Sequence record: SRR31156797_962
DNA: 64,000 bases
Direction: 5' to 3' (one strand)
Shown here: positions 38,211 to 47,854 of the stretch, piece by piece
Numbering within the stretch: the first letter of the stretch is position 1
Layout: every line of letters starts with the position of its first letter
The notes under the pieces: model-generated
Told to the model about the DNA's origin: nothing
Databases searched by the model: none
What the model saw: the letters and a program-made list of their open reading frames with translations, nothing else
Made by a program: the position numbers and the translations under genes

Positions 38211-39695
38211 ATGAGCGGTAAATTTGTTTCCATGAAGGATCTTTCTCTTACTCTGGATCGTGGTCCTGTGTTGCAGGATATCGATTGGGATATCCGTTCC
38301 GGTGAGCACTGGGCTGTTCTGGGCCCTAATGGCGCCGGGAAGACAACTCTAATGATGATTTTGGCCGGAGAAGTCTGGCCTGATGATGAAATTAGCCGAG
38401 AGTTCAGCGTTGAAGGTGATATGGTTAACAGCCCGTTGGAACCTCTTGAGCGCTACCGCATGATTTCACCGGAGCATCAGGATATTTTTGAAAAGCTGGC
38501 TTGGGACGTAACCGGAGAAGAAGTTGTTTTGGCTGGAAAGGACAACACTCCATTTTTGTATCGTCTGGCTGACGAAGAGGAATACGTGCGGGTCCGTGAT
38601 TTTATGGAATCGCTGGGTATGCTCGACCTTGCCAAGCGCAGTATGGTTAAAATGTCGCGCGGTGAGGGACGCAAGATTCTTATTGCCCGTGCCCTGATGG
38701 CTGAACCGGAAATGCTCATTCTTGACGAATTTCTTGAAGGGATTGACCAGCAGTCACGCGAGCAGTTGATTAGGGCAATTGATATTGCTGCTGCCAATGG
38801 AACTACCATTGTCTGTTCAGCCCACCGCAAGGAAGAATTACCTTCCTGTGTCAATAAAACTCTGTATATCCGTGATGGAAAGATTGATCATTGCCGGGAC
38901 GAACAGGGCCGCGAGGTTTCCTGTGCAAGCTCTAATGAATGGAAGCGGACTCCCCCGGAAGTGAACAGTATTGAATCGGGCCGGACCTTGTTCAAGCTTA
39001 CTGATTCAAGTGTTGTTTTTCTCGGCAAGACTGTGCTGCAAAATATCGATTGGGAGATGACTGGCGGAGAAAGTTGGGCCGTGCTTGGTCGTAATGGGGC
39101 CGGGAAGTCCACCCTTTTACGCCTGCTCTACGGAGACGCCGCAGCTTATGCCGCTGAAGATGAAATGGAACGTCTGCCTGAAAGGGGTGACAGTCTGCGT
39201 TCGGTGCGCGGGCGTATGGGGATGGTTTCTGCTTCCATGCAGGCCTCATTCGGAGAGGCTGTGGGGAAACCTATTCCGATTTTTGATGTGGTTATTTCCG
39301 GATTTTTTGCCTCTGCGGGGATTTTGGATGAAATTTCAGATGAAATGCGTGAGAAGACATGGGAGTGGCTGTGTTTCTTCGGGATTGAAGATCTGGCAGA
39401 AAGACCCATGGAGCAAGTTTCATACGGGCAGTTACGCAAGGCATTTATTGCACGCGCACTGATTTCCGGTCCGGATGTTCTGCTGCTTGATGAGCCGCTT
39501 GCTGGAGTGGATGAGGAATCGCGCCAGGAAATTTACCAGTTGCTGGAGCTTCTTGCCAAGGCCGGGGTAGCTATGGTTTACGTGACCCATCATCGTGAAG
39601 AATTGATTCCCTCTATTTCCCATGTCCTTGAAATCGAAGAGGGCAAGGTGTCCTTCCGGGGAACCAAGGAAGATTATTTTAAGCTACGTGATTAA
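38211..39695 (+). CDS. ModF-like ABC ATPase with two nucleotide-binding domains
   Basis: GPNGAGKT and GRNGAGKS Walker A; SRGE/SYGQ signatures; LDE motifs. Confidence 0.88.
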   Translation: MSGKFVSMKDLSLTLDRGPVLQDIDWDIRSGEHWAVLGPNGAGKTTLMMILAGEVWPDDEISREFSVEGDMVNSPLEPLERYRMISPEHQDIFEKLAWDVTGEEVVLAGKDNTPFLYRLADEEEYVRVRDFMESLGMLDLAKRSMVKMSRGEGRKILIARALMAEPEMLILDEFLEGIDQQSREQLIRAIDIAAANGTTIVCSAHRKEELPSCVNKTLYIRDGKIDHCRDEQGREVSCASSNEWKRTPPEVNSIESGRTLFKLTDSSVVFLGKTVLQNIDWEMTGGESWAVLGRNGAGKSTLLRLLYGDAAAYAAEDEMERLPERGDSLRSVRGRMGMVSASMQASFGEAVGKPIPIFDVVISGFFASAGILDEISDEMREKTWEWLCFFGIEDLAERPMEQVSYGQLRKAFIARALISGPDVLLLDEPLAGVDEESRQEIYQLLELLAKAGVAMVYVTHHREELIPSISHVLEIEEGKVSFRGTKEDYFKLRD

Positions 39696-39728
39696 AAAAA
39701 ACGGGGATGTTGAACATCCCCGTTTTTT
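39694..39728. terminator. Bidirectional intrinsic terminator
   Basis: AAAAAAACGGGGATGTT-G-AACATCCCCGTTTTTT palindrome. Confidence 0.85.
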
Positions 39729-39990
39729 ATTTTTTAATCCATCCTTTACCGCTCATACAGCGCTGGAAGACTTTAACTTCCTGGGTGTAAAGGTCCTGGT
39801 CTTGCGTGTAAGTCCTTTCGGGTAGGTCATTGTCAGGGGCGGAGTTGGTAGCTTTCTGTGATCTTTCTCGGCATTCGGCTCGGTCTGCTGCAAAGCGTTC
39901 ACTTCTGTTTACAGAGAGATCCAAGCTGGGATTCTGCCACGATGTGCAGCCTGCCAGAAAGAGCAGTCCGGTCAGAATTAAATATTTCAT
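39727..39990 (-). CDS. Small lipoprotein
   Basis: LAGC lipobox; C...CMxxKGW pattern. Confidence 0.8.
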   Translation of the reverse strand: MKYLILTGLLFLAGCTSWQNPSLDLSVNRSERFAADRAECRERSQKATNSAPDNDLPERTYTQDQDLYTQEVKVFQRCMSGKGWIKK

Positions 39991-40003
39991 GTTTCATCCT
40001 TGA

Positions 40004-40759
40004 TCAGGCTTTGACAATAAAGCCTGCATTTCTCAAATTTTCTTTGTTGTAGGGAAATTCCTTTCCGTCTAGTCCGAGCATAGTGCCACCTGCAGCCTCC
40101 ACAATAGCCTGTCCTGCCGCGGTATCCCATTCCATTGTAGGGTTGAAGCGGGGGTAGAGATGGGCTTTGCCTTCAGCAATAAGGCAGAATTTAATGGCAC
40201 TGCCTGCCGGAGTCATCTTTTTAAGATTTATAGTTTTCAGGTAATCCGCAAGGTCTGGTGCTGGATGCGATCTGCTGCCGACTACTTTGAGTCCTTCGTT
40301 TTTGACTGGGGGATGAGTGGTGATGGTGACAGGAGGCTCGTTGTCTCTGCTGACCTCAGCTCCGGTCTCAATGCTTCCTGTGTAGAGTGCGTTCTGTGTC
40401 GGGGCGTAGACCACTCCCAGAACCGGACGATTTTTACGCATTAGAGCTATGCAGACGCAGAATTCTCCATTGTCCTTGATGAATTCTTTTGTACCGTCCA
40501 ATGGATCTACCAGGAAAAATTCGTCCCATTGTCTTCTTTCTTTAAACGTGATTTTAGCCCCTTCTTCGGACAATATCGGAATATCAGGGTAAAGTTCAGC
40601 CAAGCGTTTTGAAATGACTTCATTGGAGGCAATATCCGCCGCAGTAACCGGGGATTTGTCGCCCTTATTTTTTACCTCGAACCCATTGTTGCGGACTGTC
40701 ATGATGGCAGCTCCGGCCTCACGAGCAATACTGGAGATATTTTTAATCATTTCTTTCAT
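40004..40759 (-). CDS. cysQ: 3'(2'),5'-bisphosphate nucleotidase CysQ
   Basis: SPVTAAD, LSEE, VDPLDGTKEF, GSRSH, EWDTAAG. Confidence 0.95.
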   Translation of the reverse strand: MKEMIKNISSIAREAGAAIMTVRNNGFEVKNKGDKSPVTAADIASNEVISKRLAELYPDIPILSEEGAKITFKERRQWDEFFLVDPLDGTKEFIKDNGEFCVCIALMRKNRPVLGVVYAPTQNALYTGSIETGAEVSRDNEPPVTITTHPPVKNEGLKVVGSRSHPAPDLADYLKTINLKKMTPAGSAIKFCLIAEGKAHLYPRFNPTMEWDTAAGQAIVEAAGGTMLGLDGKEFPYNKENLRNAGFIVKA

Positions 40760-40871
40760 GGGCTATGCAATATCAAAGCTTTAACAAAGTGTCATCTGTT
40801 GCAGGGGTTAGTTTTGTTGATTTTGACTTGCTCGGGTATGAAGTTTATCTTCATAGGTTACAGGGGGAATT

Positions 40872-41714
40872 ATGAAGATAGATATCAGAGTTGCGGAAAT
40901 GCTAGACGGTCAGTTCATTGAAAAGTGTTTTACCTCAGGTGAAAAGGTTCGGATCGTTCCTCATGTTATTATTCGTAAGATCTCGCGGGAACTTGGACTT
41001 GACATGAATTGTGTTGAGCGGGCTGTTTTCACCCATGAAGCGGTCCCGGAACGGTATGCGCGCAATCTCATTTCTTTTTCTGCGACTGAGCAGCGGCGGC
41101 TGTTTTTTTCTAAGGTGGCCATGGTCGGTGTAGGCGGGCTCGGAGGGCATCTTCTTGAATCCCTGGCTCGGGCCGGAGTTGGGCATATTACTGCCTGTGA
41201 TGGTGACAGTTTTGAACCCTCTAACCTTAACCGGCAAAGGTTTGCTGTTGAAAACTCTCTGTACAGTAAAAAGAGCGAGGCTGCATTCGAGATGATCAGG
41301 GAAGTAAATCCTGCTGTTTTTTTGGATGTACGGTCTGATTTTATTGAAGACGATTTTGAATCTTTTATTAAAGGTGCTGATCTTGTTGCTGATTGTCTGG
41401 GTGGGCTTGAGTATAGAGGTAAGCTTAAAGATGCTGCAGCAAAGCTGGGGATTCCATTGGTGACGGCATCAGTAGCTGGTTGGGCCGGTATAGTTTCTAC
41501 TGTTTTTCCGGGAGACAGTTCTCCTGCGGATTTCTTTGGTTCTGATAATGGGCTTGAGGAAGAATTGGGTACTCCTATTCCTGCAATTGCTACTGCTGTA
41601 GGGATTCAATGCGGTGAAATTTTAAAGATACTCAGCGGAAAAGAATCCTCTCTTTCAGGGAAAGCCCTAATGTTTGACCTTTCCAAGTTGTATTTTGAAA
41701 CAGTTTCTCTTTGA
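40872..41714 (+). CDS. ThiF/MoeB/HesA-family adenylyltransferase
   Basis: RYARN, GVGGLGG, DGDSFEPSNLNRQ. Confidence 0.9.
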   Translation: MKIDIRVAEMLDGQFIEKCFTSGEKVRIVPHVIIRKISRELGLDMNCVERAVFTHEAVPERYARNLISFSATEQRRLFFSKVAMVGVGGLGGHLLESLARAGVGHITACDGDSFEPSNLNRQRFAVENSLYSKKSEAAFEMIREVNPAVFLDVRSDFIEDDFESFIKGADLVADCLGGLEYRGKLKDAAAKLGIPLVTASVAGWAGIVSTVFPGDSSPADFFGSDNGLEEELGTPIPAIATAVGIQCGEILKILSGKESSLSGKALMFDLSKLYFETVSL

Positions 41715-42232
41715 AAAGAGGAACAGGTGAAGAAATTTTTAGATTAGAGTTATCTTCTGATAAATATATGATATAGAAAGTCGAGGCATAATATAAATGT
41801 GACTCGGCTTTTTTTTGCGTTTTATTTATCCTTAATGGGATTTGATAAGTATTTGTGCTCTAGTATGAGGAGTGTCTTGTGTGGTGTTGTATGCGGGTTG
41901 ATTTTGTTTGTTTGCTTATTTAAGTATATTATGGTTTTTGAATGTGTGTTTTGTTGTTATGTCCTTATTGTCTGCGATGGTTTTTAGGTGGTTTAATATA
42001 ATGTTGCTTTTATTTTATTGTATTATTTAGAAAGTGCTCACTTTTATTGCTTTTGATTTGTTTTAGTCTTCATTTACATAAAACTTTTAAAAATATGAAA
42101 ATGGAATTAGCAATGCAAATAGGTGAATCTATTGAAAAAAATACACATTTATGTGGACAAAATAGTCTTTTGAATATATTTCTACGTCTATTGTTTTTAC
42201 GTTTATAGACAATTTAAGATTAGGAAATATTT

Positions 42233-42463
42233 ATGATTAAACGTTATGAAGATGTTATTGTTGAAATTAACAACGTTTCTGCAGCGTTAGAATTTATAAG
42301 TGAGTCTATTGAGAGTTGCGCTGCTGAGGGTCGTTCGCTTAATACGTGCGGGTTGGCATATTTAATCAGAGTGTTGGGTGTGCGATCATCCAGTGCGGCG
42401 GATATTTGTTGGGGTATATCTCCTGAAATTTCTACAGGAAGCAGCGAATCGTGTGATTCTTAA
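42233..42463 (+). CDS. Hypothetical small protein
   Basis: 76-aa ORF with AGGA upstream, at the end of a long AT-rich spacer. Confidence 0.5.
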   Translation: MIKRYEDVIVEINNVSAALEFISESIESCAAEGRSLNTCGLAYLIRVLGVRSSSAADICWGISPEISTGSSESCDS

Positions 42464-42603
42464 TTACGAGCCTGTTTATACTACATAATCACTTTGAGTT
42501 GTGATACTTTCGAATTGTACTGAATAATAAACAGTGGCGGTAATGCTCTGGTTTGTGCTGCTGGACATGCACTAGGATTGTATATGTTTGCGGAGGTTCT
42601 CAG

Positions 42604-43797
42604 GTGAGCGAAAGTACCCTTGATGTAAAGGCGGGTGAAGAGATTCCTAAGATACTGGTGGTGGATGATTCTGCGACCATGAGGAATTTTTTGACCCGAG
42701 TGCTCGAAGGCGACTACGATGTAGAAACTGCCTCAGATGGGCTTGAGTGTATTGCGCAATACATGAAGGTTAAACCCAGTGTTATACTGCTTGATTTATT
42801 AATGCCGGGTATGGACGGGTTTGATGTTATTGAGAAAATTCGCAATGTCATCGATGATCAGGAAGTTATTATTATTGTTCTCACTGGGCAGGATGAACAG
42901 GAAATTAAAGCCCGGGCCCTCAATAGCGGGGCCAATGATTATCTGACCAAGCCTTTTCATGTTGTTGAACTTAAGGCCAGGGTTGGGGTCGCTATCAGGC
43001 AGGTTATGCTTACCCGCGAGTTGCAGGCAGCCAACACAAGTTTACAGCGTGCCTATGATATCATTGATGATGAAGTTAAGCTTGTTGCCCGGTTGCAGGA
43101 CAAACTCTTGCCGACAGTTATCCCGGTTATTGAAGGATTGGAGATCAAGAGCATGTATCGTCCGTCAGGGCGGGCAAGCGGCGATTATTATGATGTGTTC
43201 GGGCTGGAGGATGGAGTTGTTCGAGTTATAATGGCCGATGTGTCTGGCCATGGTCCGCAAGCTGCTTTCATTATGGCTATTGTGCGTACCCTCTTTAAGG
43301 CTGATGGAGCAAACCATAATGATCTTTCAGAGAGTCTGAATCAAATTAATGAGCATCTTCTCGATCTTATTGGTAAAGACAGTTATTTTGTTACCCTGTT
43401 TGCCGCTGATATCGATTTCAATAAAGGCCTGATAAAATATATGAGTGCCGGACATTGCCCTGCGCTGGTTATGCTGGATGGAAAAATGAGCGAGCCTTTG
43501 GTGGCCGAGGTGCCGCCCTTGGGTTTTTTTCCGGTTAAGAGCGTCCTTTCGGAGTGTCGATTTTCATCTTCCTTGCGACTGTTTTTGTTTACCGATGGCT
43601 GTTACGAGTGGCGTATGAATGATGATTTCTTCAGTCTAGATCCTTTTGTGGAAATAGCTGAAGAATTGATGCTCAATAATTCTTTGCATCTCGATTCCAT
43701 AGAAGATATTTTAGAAGAAAAGACCGGGGTTCGCCCTGTTTTTGATGACGATGTGACCGCACTTTCAATTGATTGGTCCGGCTCTGTGGTAGGCTAA
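42604..43797 (+). CDS. REC plus SpoIIE/PP2C serine phosphatase (RsbU-like)
   Basis: REC; SGDYYD, ADVSGHG, SAGH, TDG, DDVT; GGAGG before GTG 42604. Confidence 0.93.
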   Translation: MSESTLDVKAGEEIPKILVVDDSATMRNFLTRVLEGDYDVETASDGLECIAQYMKVKPSVILLDLLMPGMDGFDVIEKIRNVIDDQEVIIIVLTGQDEQEIKARALNSGANDYLTKPFHVVELKARVGVAIRQVMLTRELQAANTSLQRAYDIIDDEVKLVARLQDKLLPTVIPVIEGLEIKSMYRPSGRASGDYYDVFGLEDGVVRVIMADVSGHGPQAAFIMAIVRTLFKADGANHNDLSESLNQINEHLLDLIGKDSYFVTLFAADIDFNKGLIKYMSAGHCPALVMLDGKMSEPLVAEVPPLGFFPVKSVLSECRFSSSLRLFLFTDGCYEWRMNDDFFSLDPFVEIAEELMLNNSLHLDSIEDILEEKTGVRPVFDDDVTALSIDWSGSVVG

Positions 43798-43802
43798 GTT
43801 TG

Positions 43803-44663
43803 TTAGGTGAGTTTGTTTTTGACGATTTTCAGCATCGCCTTGATTTCATTTCGATGTAGGTATGACATTATAAGGCATACGAAAAAAACTATTATTCCGG
43901 CAGTCTTGCGGTGATCTTCTCTCTTAGGGGTAAAGTCTAGCCATTTATTCACTATTGTTGTTTTTCTTTTTTTTGGGATGGCAGCCATGTTCAGGTTGAT
44001 TTCTTTGATTAGATTTGGCTTGCGCTTGCTTACCGTGGGGTAAAGCTCTCTGGTGTATAAGTCCTGAATACATTCGAATGAGTCTGCAATTCCCAGCTCA
44101 TTCATCAGATAAATCGCTACAGGGTAATCCGCGACAAAGACTTTAACTCTTCCTTCCGCCGCTGCATTGAACATCTCTGATGCAGAGTTGAATAGCATTA
44201 GCTGGGTGTACGGATAGTGCTCTTCCATAAAAATTTTTGAATAATCAGCCTTTATTACGCCGCAACTTTCTCCATTAGTTATTTTCTTATCTTTGATAGC
44301 ATCATGGTTGGCGAAAAGGCTTCCTTTGATGTAGAAGAGGTAGTCCCCATAAAGCATTTTCTCTGCACGACCTTCTGAATAAAACATGCCCCCGTTGATG
44401 TCTGCTTCACCGCTGACAGTGTCTTGTACAGCTTCTTTCCATGTTTGAAGCTTGAATTCAATTTCTACCTCTGTCTGCCTTGCCCATTCTTTCCAAAAGT
44501 CAACGAGAACGCCGTCCGGTGTTCCTTCTTTGTTAATGAAAGACAGAGGAGGCATGCTTGAGGAATGAGTAATGATCAGAGGAGGGGAAGCTGCTAAACT
44601 TATTGGCAGTAGGATTAATATCGCGGCAATTGTGGAGATTAATGTTTTTATGAATTTATTCAT
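43803..44663 (-). CDS. Family 3 extracellular solute-binding domain protein with C-terminal TM
   Basis: Signal peptide, MPPLSF...GVLVDFW, C-terminal hydrophobic helix. Confidence 0.82.
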   Translation of the reverse strand: MNKFIKTLISTIAAILILLPISLAASPPLIITHSSSMPPLSFINKEGTPDGVLVDFWKEWARQTEVEIEFKLQTWKEAVQDTVSGEADINGGMFYSEGRAEKMLYGDYLFYIKGSLFANHDAIKDKKITNGESCGVIKADYSKIFMEEHYPYTQLMLFNSASEMFNAAAEGRVKVFVADYPVAIYLMNELGIADSFECIQDLYTRELYPTVSKRKPNLIKEINLNMAAIPKKRKTTIVNKWLDFTPKREDHRKTAGIIVFFVCLIMSYLHRNEIKAMLKIVKNKLT

Positions 44664-44814
44664 TTTATGCCAATGCGTTATTTGGGTCTAGTCGTACTAC
44701 TTCCAAAATCGATTATTAGCAGTAAAGGTCGGTTTAATCCATAATAATATTAAGTGATCAAGATTAGTATTGTAGTAAACTCTGTGGTGTCCGGAAACGG
44801 GTAGGGAAGGCGAG

Positions 44815-46125
44815 TTAACTTGCCGAAGCGAGTTCCATTAATTTAGCAAGGCTTTCGTCAATGGTCTGCTTGTCTTCTACAAGTTGCTGCAGAAATTCAT
44901 TGATAACCGGTACCATTTTTATGGCGGTATCAATTTCCGGGTTTGCCCCTTTCTGGTAGGCACCGATGTTGACCATATCTTCCACCTTACGGAAAGTTGC
45001 CAGCTGGCCGAGGACTTTGCGACCGGCAGCAACAATGTCACCCTGAACAATATCTCCGCGAACACGGCTGACGCTTTTGAGTACGTCGATACAAGGATAA
45101 TGACCCTGGTCGGCGAGGTCTCGGGTGAGCACTATGTGTCCGTCAAGAATAGAACGCACGGCATCGGCAATGGGTTCGGTAAAGTCGTCACCGTCAACAA
45201 GAACTGTGTAGATTCCGGTGATGGAGCCGTGCGGGTTTTTACCTGCGCGTTCCAGTAGCTTAGGCAGCTGTGCAAAGACTGACGGGGTATAACCACCACG
45301 GGTCGGTGGTTCTCCCGCAGCAAGCCCAACTTCACGTCCGGCCATGGCAAAACGCGTAACTGAATCCATCATTAAGAGGACGTCTTTATTCAGGTCACGG
45401 AAATATTCGGCAATGGCTGTGGCGGTATAGGCCGCACGCATACGGATAAGCGGGCTTTTGTCGGATGTTGCGATGACCAGTACGGAGCGGGCTAGCCCTT
45501 CGGGGCCGAGGTCGCGTTCTATGAATTCCACAACCTCACGGCCACGCTCACCAACCAGAGCGATAACGTTGATGTCAGCCACTGTGTAGCGGGCCATCAT
45601 GGAGAGCAGTGTCGATTTACCGACACCTGATCCGGCCATGATGCCCATACGCTGGCCTTTGCCCAGTGTCAGTAATCCGTTGATAGCTTTTACGCCTACA
45701 TCAAGTGGTTCGTTGATGCGCGGGCGTTCAAGTGGGTTGGGTGGATCACAGTGCAGGGGGTTATATGCTTCGGGGATGATTGGCCCTTTGCCGTCAATGG
45801 GTTCGCCAAAGGCGTCCACAGCGCGTCCGAGCAGGCTCATTCCCACAGGGATTTTAGGGGGAGTGCTGGAGTTCTTAATTAAGCTGCCGGGGCTGATCCC
45901 GTGCATTTCCCCGTAGGGCATGAATAAACATGCGCCGTCCCTGAAACCGACAACTTCCGCGGCGATGGGGGCTGCCTCGTCTGGAATGAGATGACATACT
46001 GACCCCAGCGGGGCTTTGATGCCCTTGCCCTCTGCAATGAGGCCGACGACCTTACTGACCCGGCCATAGCTCCGGCAGGGATCCAGTCCGGCAAGGAGTT
46101 GAGTGCAGCCTTTCATGTCAGCCAT
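44815..46125 (-). CDS. fliI: Flagellar export ATPase FliI
   Basis: GSGVGKS, GERGREV, DSVTRFA, GEPP. Confidence 0.97.
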   Translation of the reverse strand: MADMKGCTQLLAGLDPCRSYGRVSKVVGLIAEGKGIKAPLGSVCHLIPDEAAPIAAEVVGFRDGACLFMPYGEMHGISPGSLIKNSSTPPKIPVGMSLLGRAVDAFGEPIDGKGPIIPEAYNPLHCDPPNPLERPRINEPLDVGVKAINGLLTLGKGQRMGIMAGSGVGKSTLLSMMARYTVADINVIALVGERGREVVEFIERDLGPEGLARSVLVIATSDKSPLIRMRAAYTATAIAEYFRDLNKDVLLMMDSVTRFAMAGREVGLAAGEPPTRGGYTPSVFAQLPKLLERAGKNPHGSITGIYTVLVDGDDFTEPIADAVRSILDGHIVLTRDLADQGHYPCIDVLKSVSRVRGDIVQGDIVAAGRKVLGQLATFRKVEDMVNIGAYQKGANPEIDTAIKMVPVINEFLQQLVEDKQTIDESLAKLMELASAS

Positions 46126-46127
46126 GA

Positions 46128-46865
46128 CTATTCTCCTGTTCCGGGTGTTAGTTGGCCGAGAATTTCCTGCACGCCTTCCCAACGGGAGGTTACAGTGTTC
46201 TCGATCATGGCGTCGGCGGCTTCAATGATGATTCCGCCGTTGTCGATAGCTGGATCAGGTTTTATCCGCCATTTGGCAAGGTCGGGGTGTTCGGTCTGGG
46301 CCTGCTCCAGCAGGGGACCGATGATTTCGCTGTCAGCCGGGGAAACTTTGATGACCAGCTGGGTCATGGAGTCGATGCGGTTCAGAGCGTCATCCAGCAA
46401 AGATGCAAGTATTTCCTGTCTGCGTGAGTCCATTTCCACAGCCAGTGTTTTTTCGATAACCATGAAAACCAGCGAAATGGCATCAGTGGACTGAGCCATC
46501 ATTACGTTATGGGACTGGTTCTGAATGGTCTGCAGGGTCTGGGCGACATTTTGGCTGAAGCTGATTAAATGCTGTTCGGCTTCCTGGGCAGCCTGAGCCT
46601 GTCCTGCTGCATAGCCTTCCGCCTGCGCATTGGCTTTGATGTCTTCCGCCTCAGCCATGGCTTTGGCAATGATTTCTTTGGCCATATTCTGGGCTTTAGC
46701 CTTGACCCGCTCATAATATTCGCGGTCAGTGTCTTCGTTCCAGGTAGGTTTTTTCTTGCCTTCCATTTCCTGTATAGTCATTTCCTGGGTCTTGTTATTG
46801 GAATCAAGACCCATGATAACTCTACCGGTGTAGAACTTATTGTCTTCAGCCTTAGACAAAGACAT
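46128..46865 (-). CDS. fliH: Flagellar assembly protein FliH
   Basis: Between fliG and fliI; AEGYAAG (GxxxG) motif; GGIIIE. Confidence 0.9.
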   Translation of the reverse strand: MSLSKAEDNKFYTGRVIMGLDSNNKTQEMTIQEMEGKKKPTWNEDTDREYYERVKAKAQNMAKEIIAKAMAEAEDIKANAQAEGYAAGQAQAAQEAEQHLISFSQNVAQTLQTIQNQSHNVMMAQSTDAISLVFMVIEKTLAVEMDSRRQEILASLLDDALNRIDSMTQLVIKVSPADSEIIGPLLEQAQTEHPDLAKWRIKPDPAIDNGGIIIEAADAMIENTVTSRWEGVQEILGQLTPGTGE

Positions 46866-47853
46866 CTCCTGAACCTCTGCTGATCATAATCCGACCCTCG
46901 TCTTCGAGGCGGCGGATGTTTTTAACAATATTCTGCTGTGCTGCTTCCACATCGGAGAGCTTCACAGGTCCCATGATTTCAAGGTCTTCGCGGATCATGT
47001 TGGAAGCACGCTCGGACATGTTCTTAAAGAAGAGCTCCTGTAAATCGTCGGAGGCACCCTTGAGTGCTGTGGTGAGCTCTTCGTTTGAAACTTCCTTGAG
47101 CAGTTCGCGGATCGCACGGTCGTCCAGTCCCTTGATGTCTTCGAAAACGAACATGAGGTTCCTGATTTCTTCGGCCATCTGGGTGGATTCTTCCTCGATT
47201 TCTGAAAGAACTTCCTCTTCTGTAGAGCGGTCTACGGCGTTGAGGATTTCCGCTACTGCGGGTACGCCGCCCACTTTCTTTCCTTCCTTGCCGCCCATGG
47301 CGATCAGCTGGCTTTGCAGCACCCGATCTACTTCCATGAGCATTTCTTCTGCTACAGCTTCAAGTTTGGCAAGTCTCATGAGCACTTCGGCTCTTACGCC
47401 GCCGGGCAGGTTGGATATAAGGTCCGCTGCCTGATCCGGGTGCAGATGGCCGATAATGAGGGCCAGTGTCTGCGGGTGCTCGTTCCTGAGAATCTGGGCC
47501 AGAATCTTGGGGCTGACGTTCTGGAGTTCCTGAAACGGAGCAGGTCCGCTTTCAAGGTCGAGCTTATCCAGAATGTATTTTGCGGTTTCCTCGTCAAGGG
47601 ATTTGCTGAGCAGTCTTTTGACCTGATCGGCTCCGCCCATGAGGAGTTCAGCTCCATATGCCAGAGTTTCATTGAACTCTTTGAGTACTTCTAGAACCTG
47701 TTCTTTGGGGACGGAATCCATCTCCAGCATGGCTTTTGATACGTCGGCAATTTCCTGACGGTTCATGCGTTTGAAGGTTTCAGCGGTAAACTTGTCCCCG
47801 AGGGCGAGAAGTACGATTGCTGTTTTTTGATTACCGGTGAACGGCGTTGACAA
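46852..47853 (-). CDS. fliG: Flagellar motor switch protein FliG
   Basis: EHPQTLA, MFVFED, NMSERA. Confidence 0.97.
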   Translation of the reverse strand: MSTPFTGNQKTAIVLLALGDKFTAETFKRMNRQEIADVSKAMLEMDSVPKEQVLEVLKEFNETLAYGAELLMGGADQVKRLLSKSLDEETAKYILDKLDLESGPAPFQELQNVSPKILAQILRNEHPQTLALIIGHLHPDQAADLISNLPGGVRAEVLMRLAKLEAVAEEMLMEVDRVLQSQLIAMGGKEGKKVGGVPAVAEILNAVDRSTEEEVLSEIEEESTQMAEEIRNLMFVFEDIKGLDDRAIRELLKEVSNEELTTALKGASDDLQELFFKNMSERASNMIREDLEIMGPVKLSDVEAAQQNIVKNIRRLEDEGRIMISRGSGDVFV

Positions 47854-47854
47854 T

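Noticed and set aside
40872-41714. ThiF protein as part of a ubiquitin-like defence or RiPP system
   Set aside because: No E2, JAB, ubiquitin-like or precursor gene is adjacent; it looks like an ordinary MoeB/ThiF paralog.
41799-41987. 62-aa Cys/hydrophobic ORF in the AT-rich spacer
   Set aside because: GTG start without a clear RBS; its composition is what TG-rich low-complexity DNA would produce by chance.
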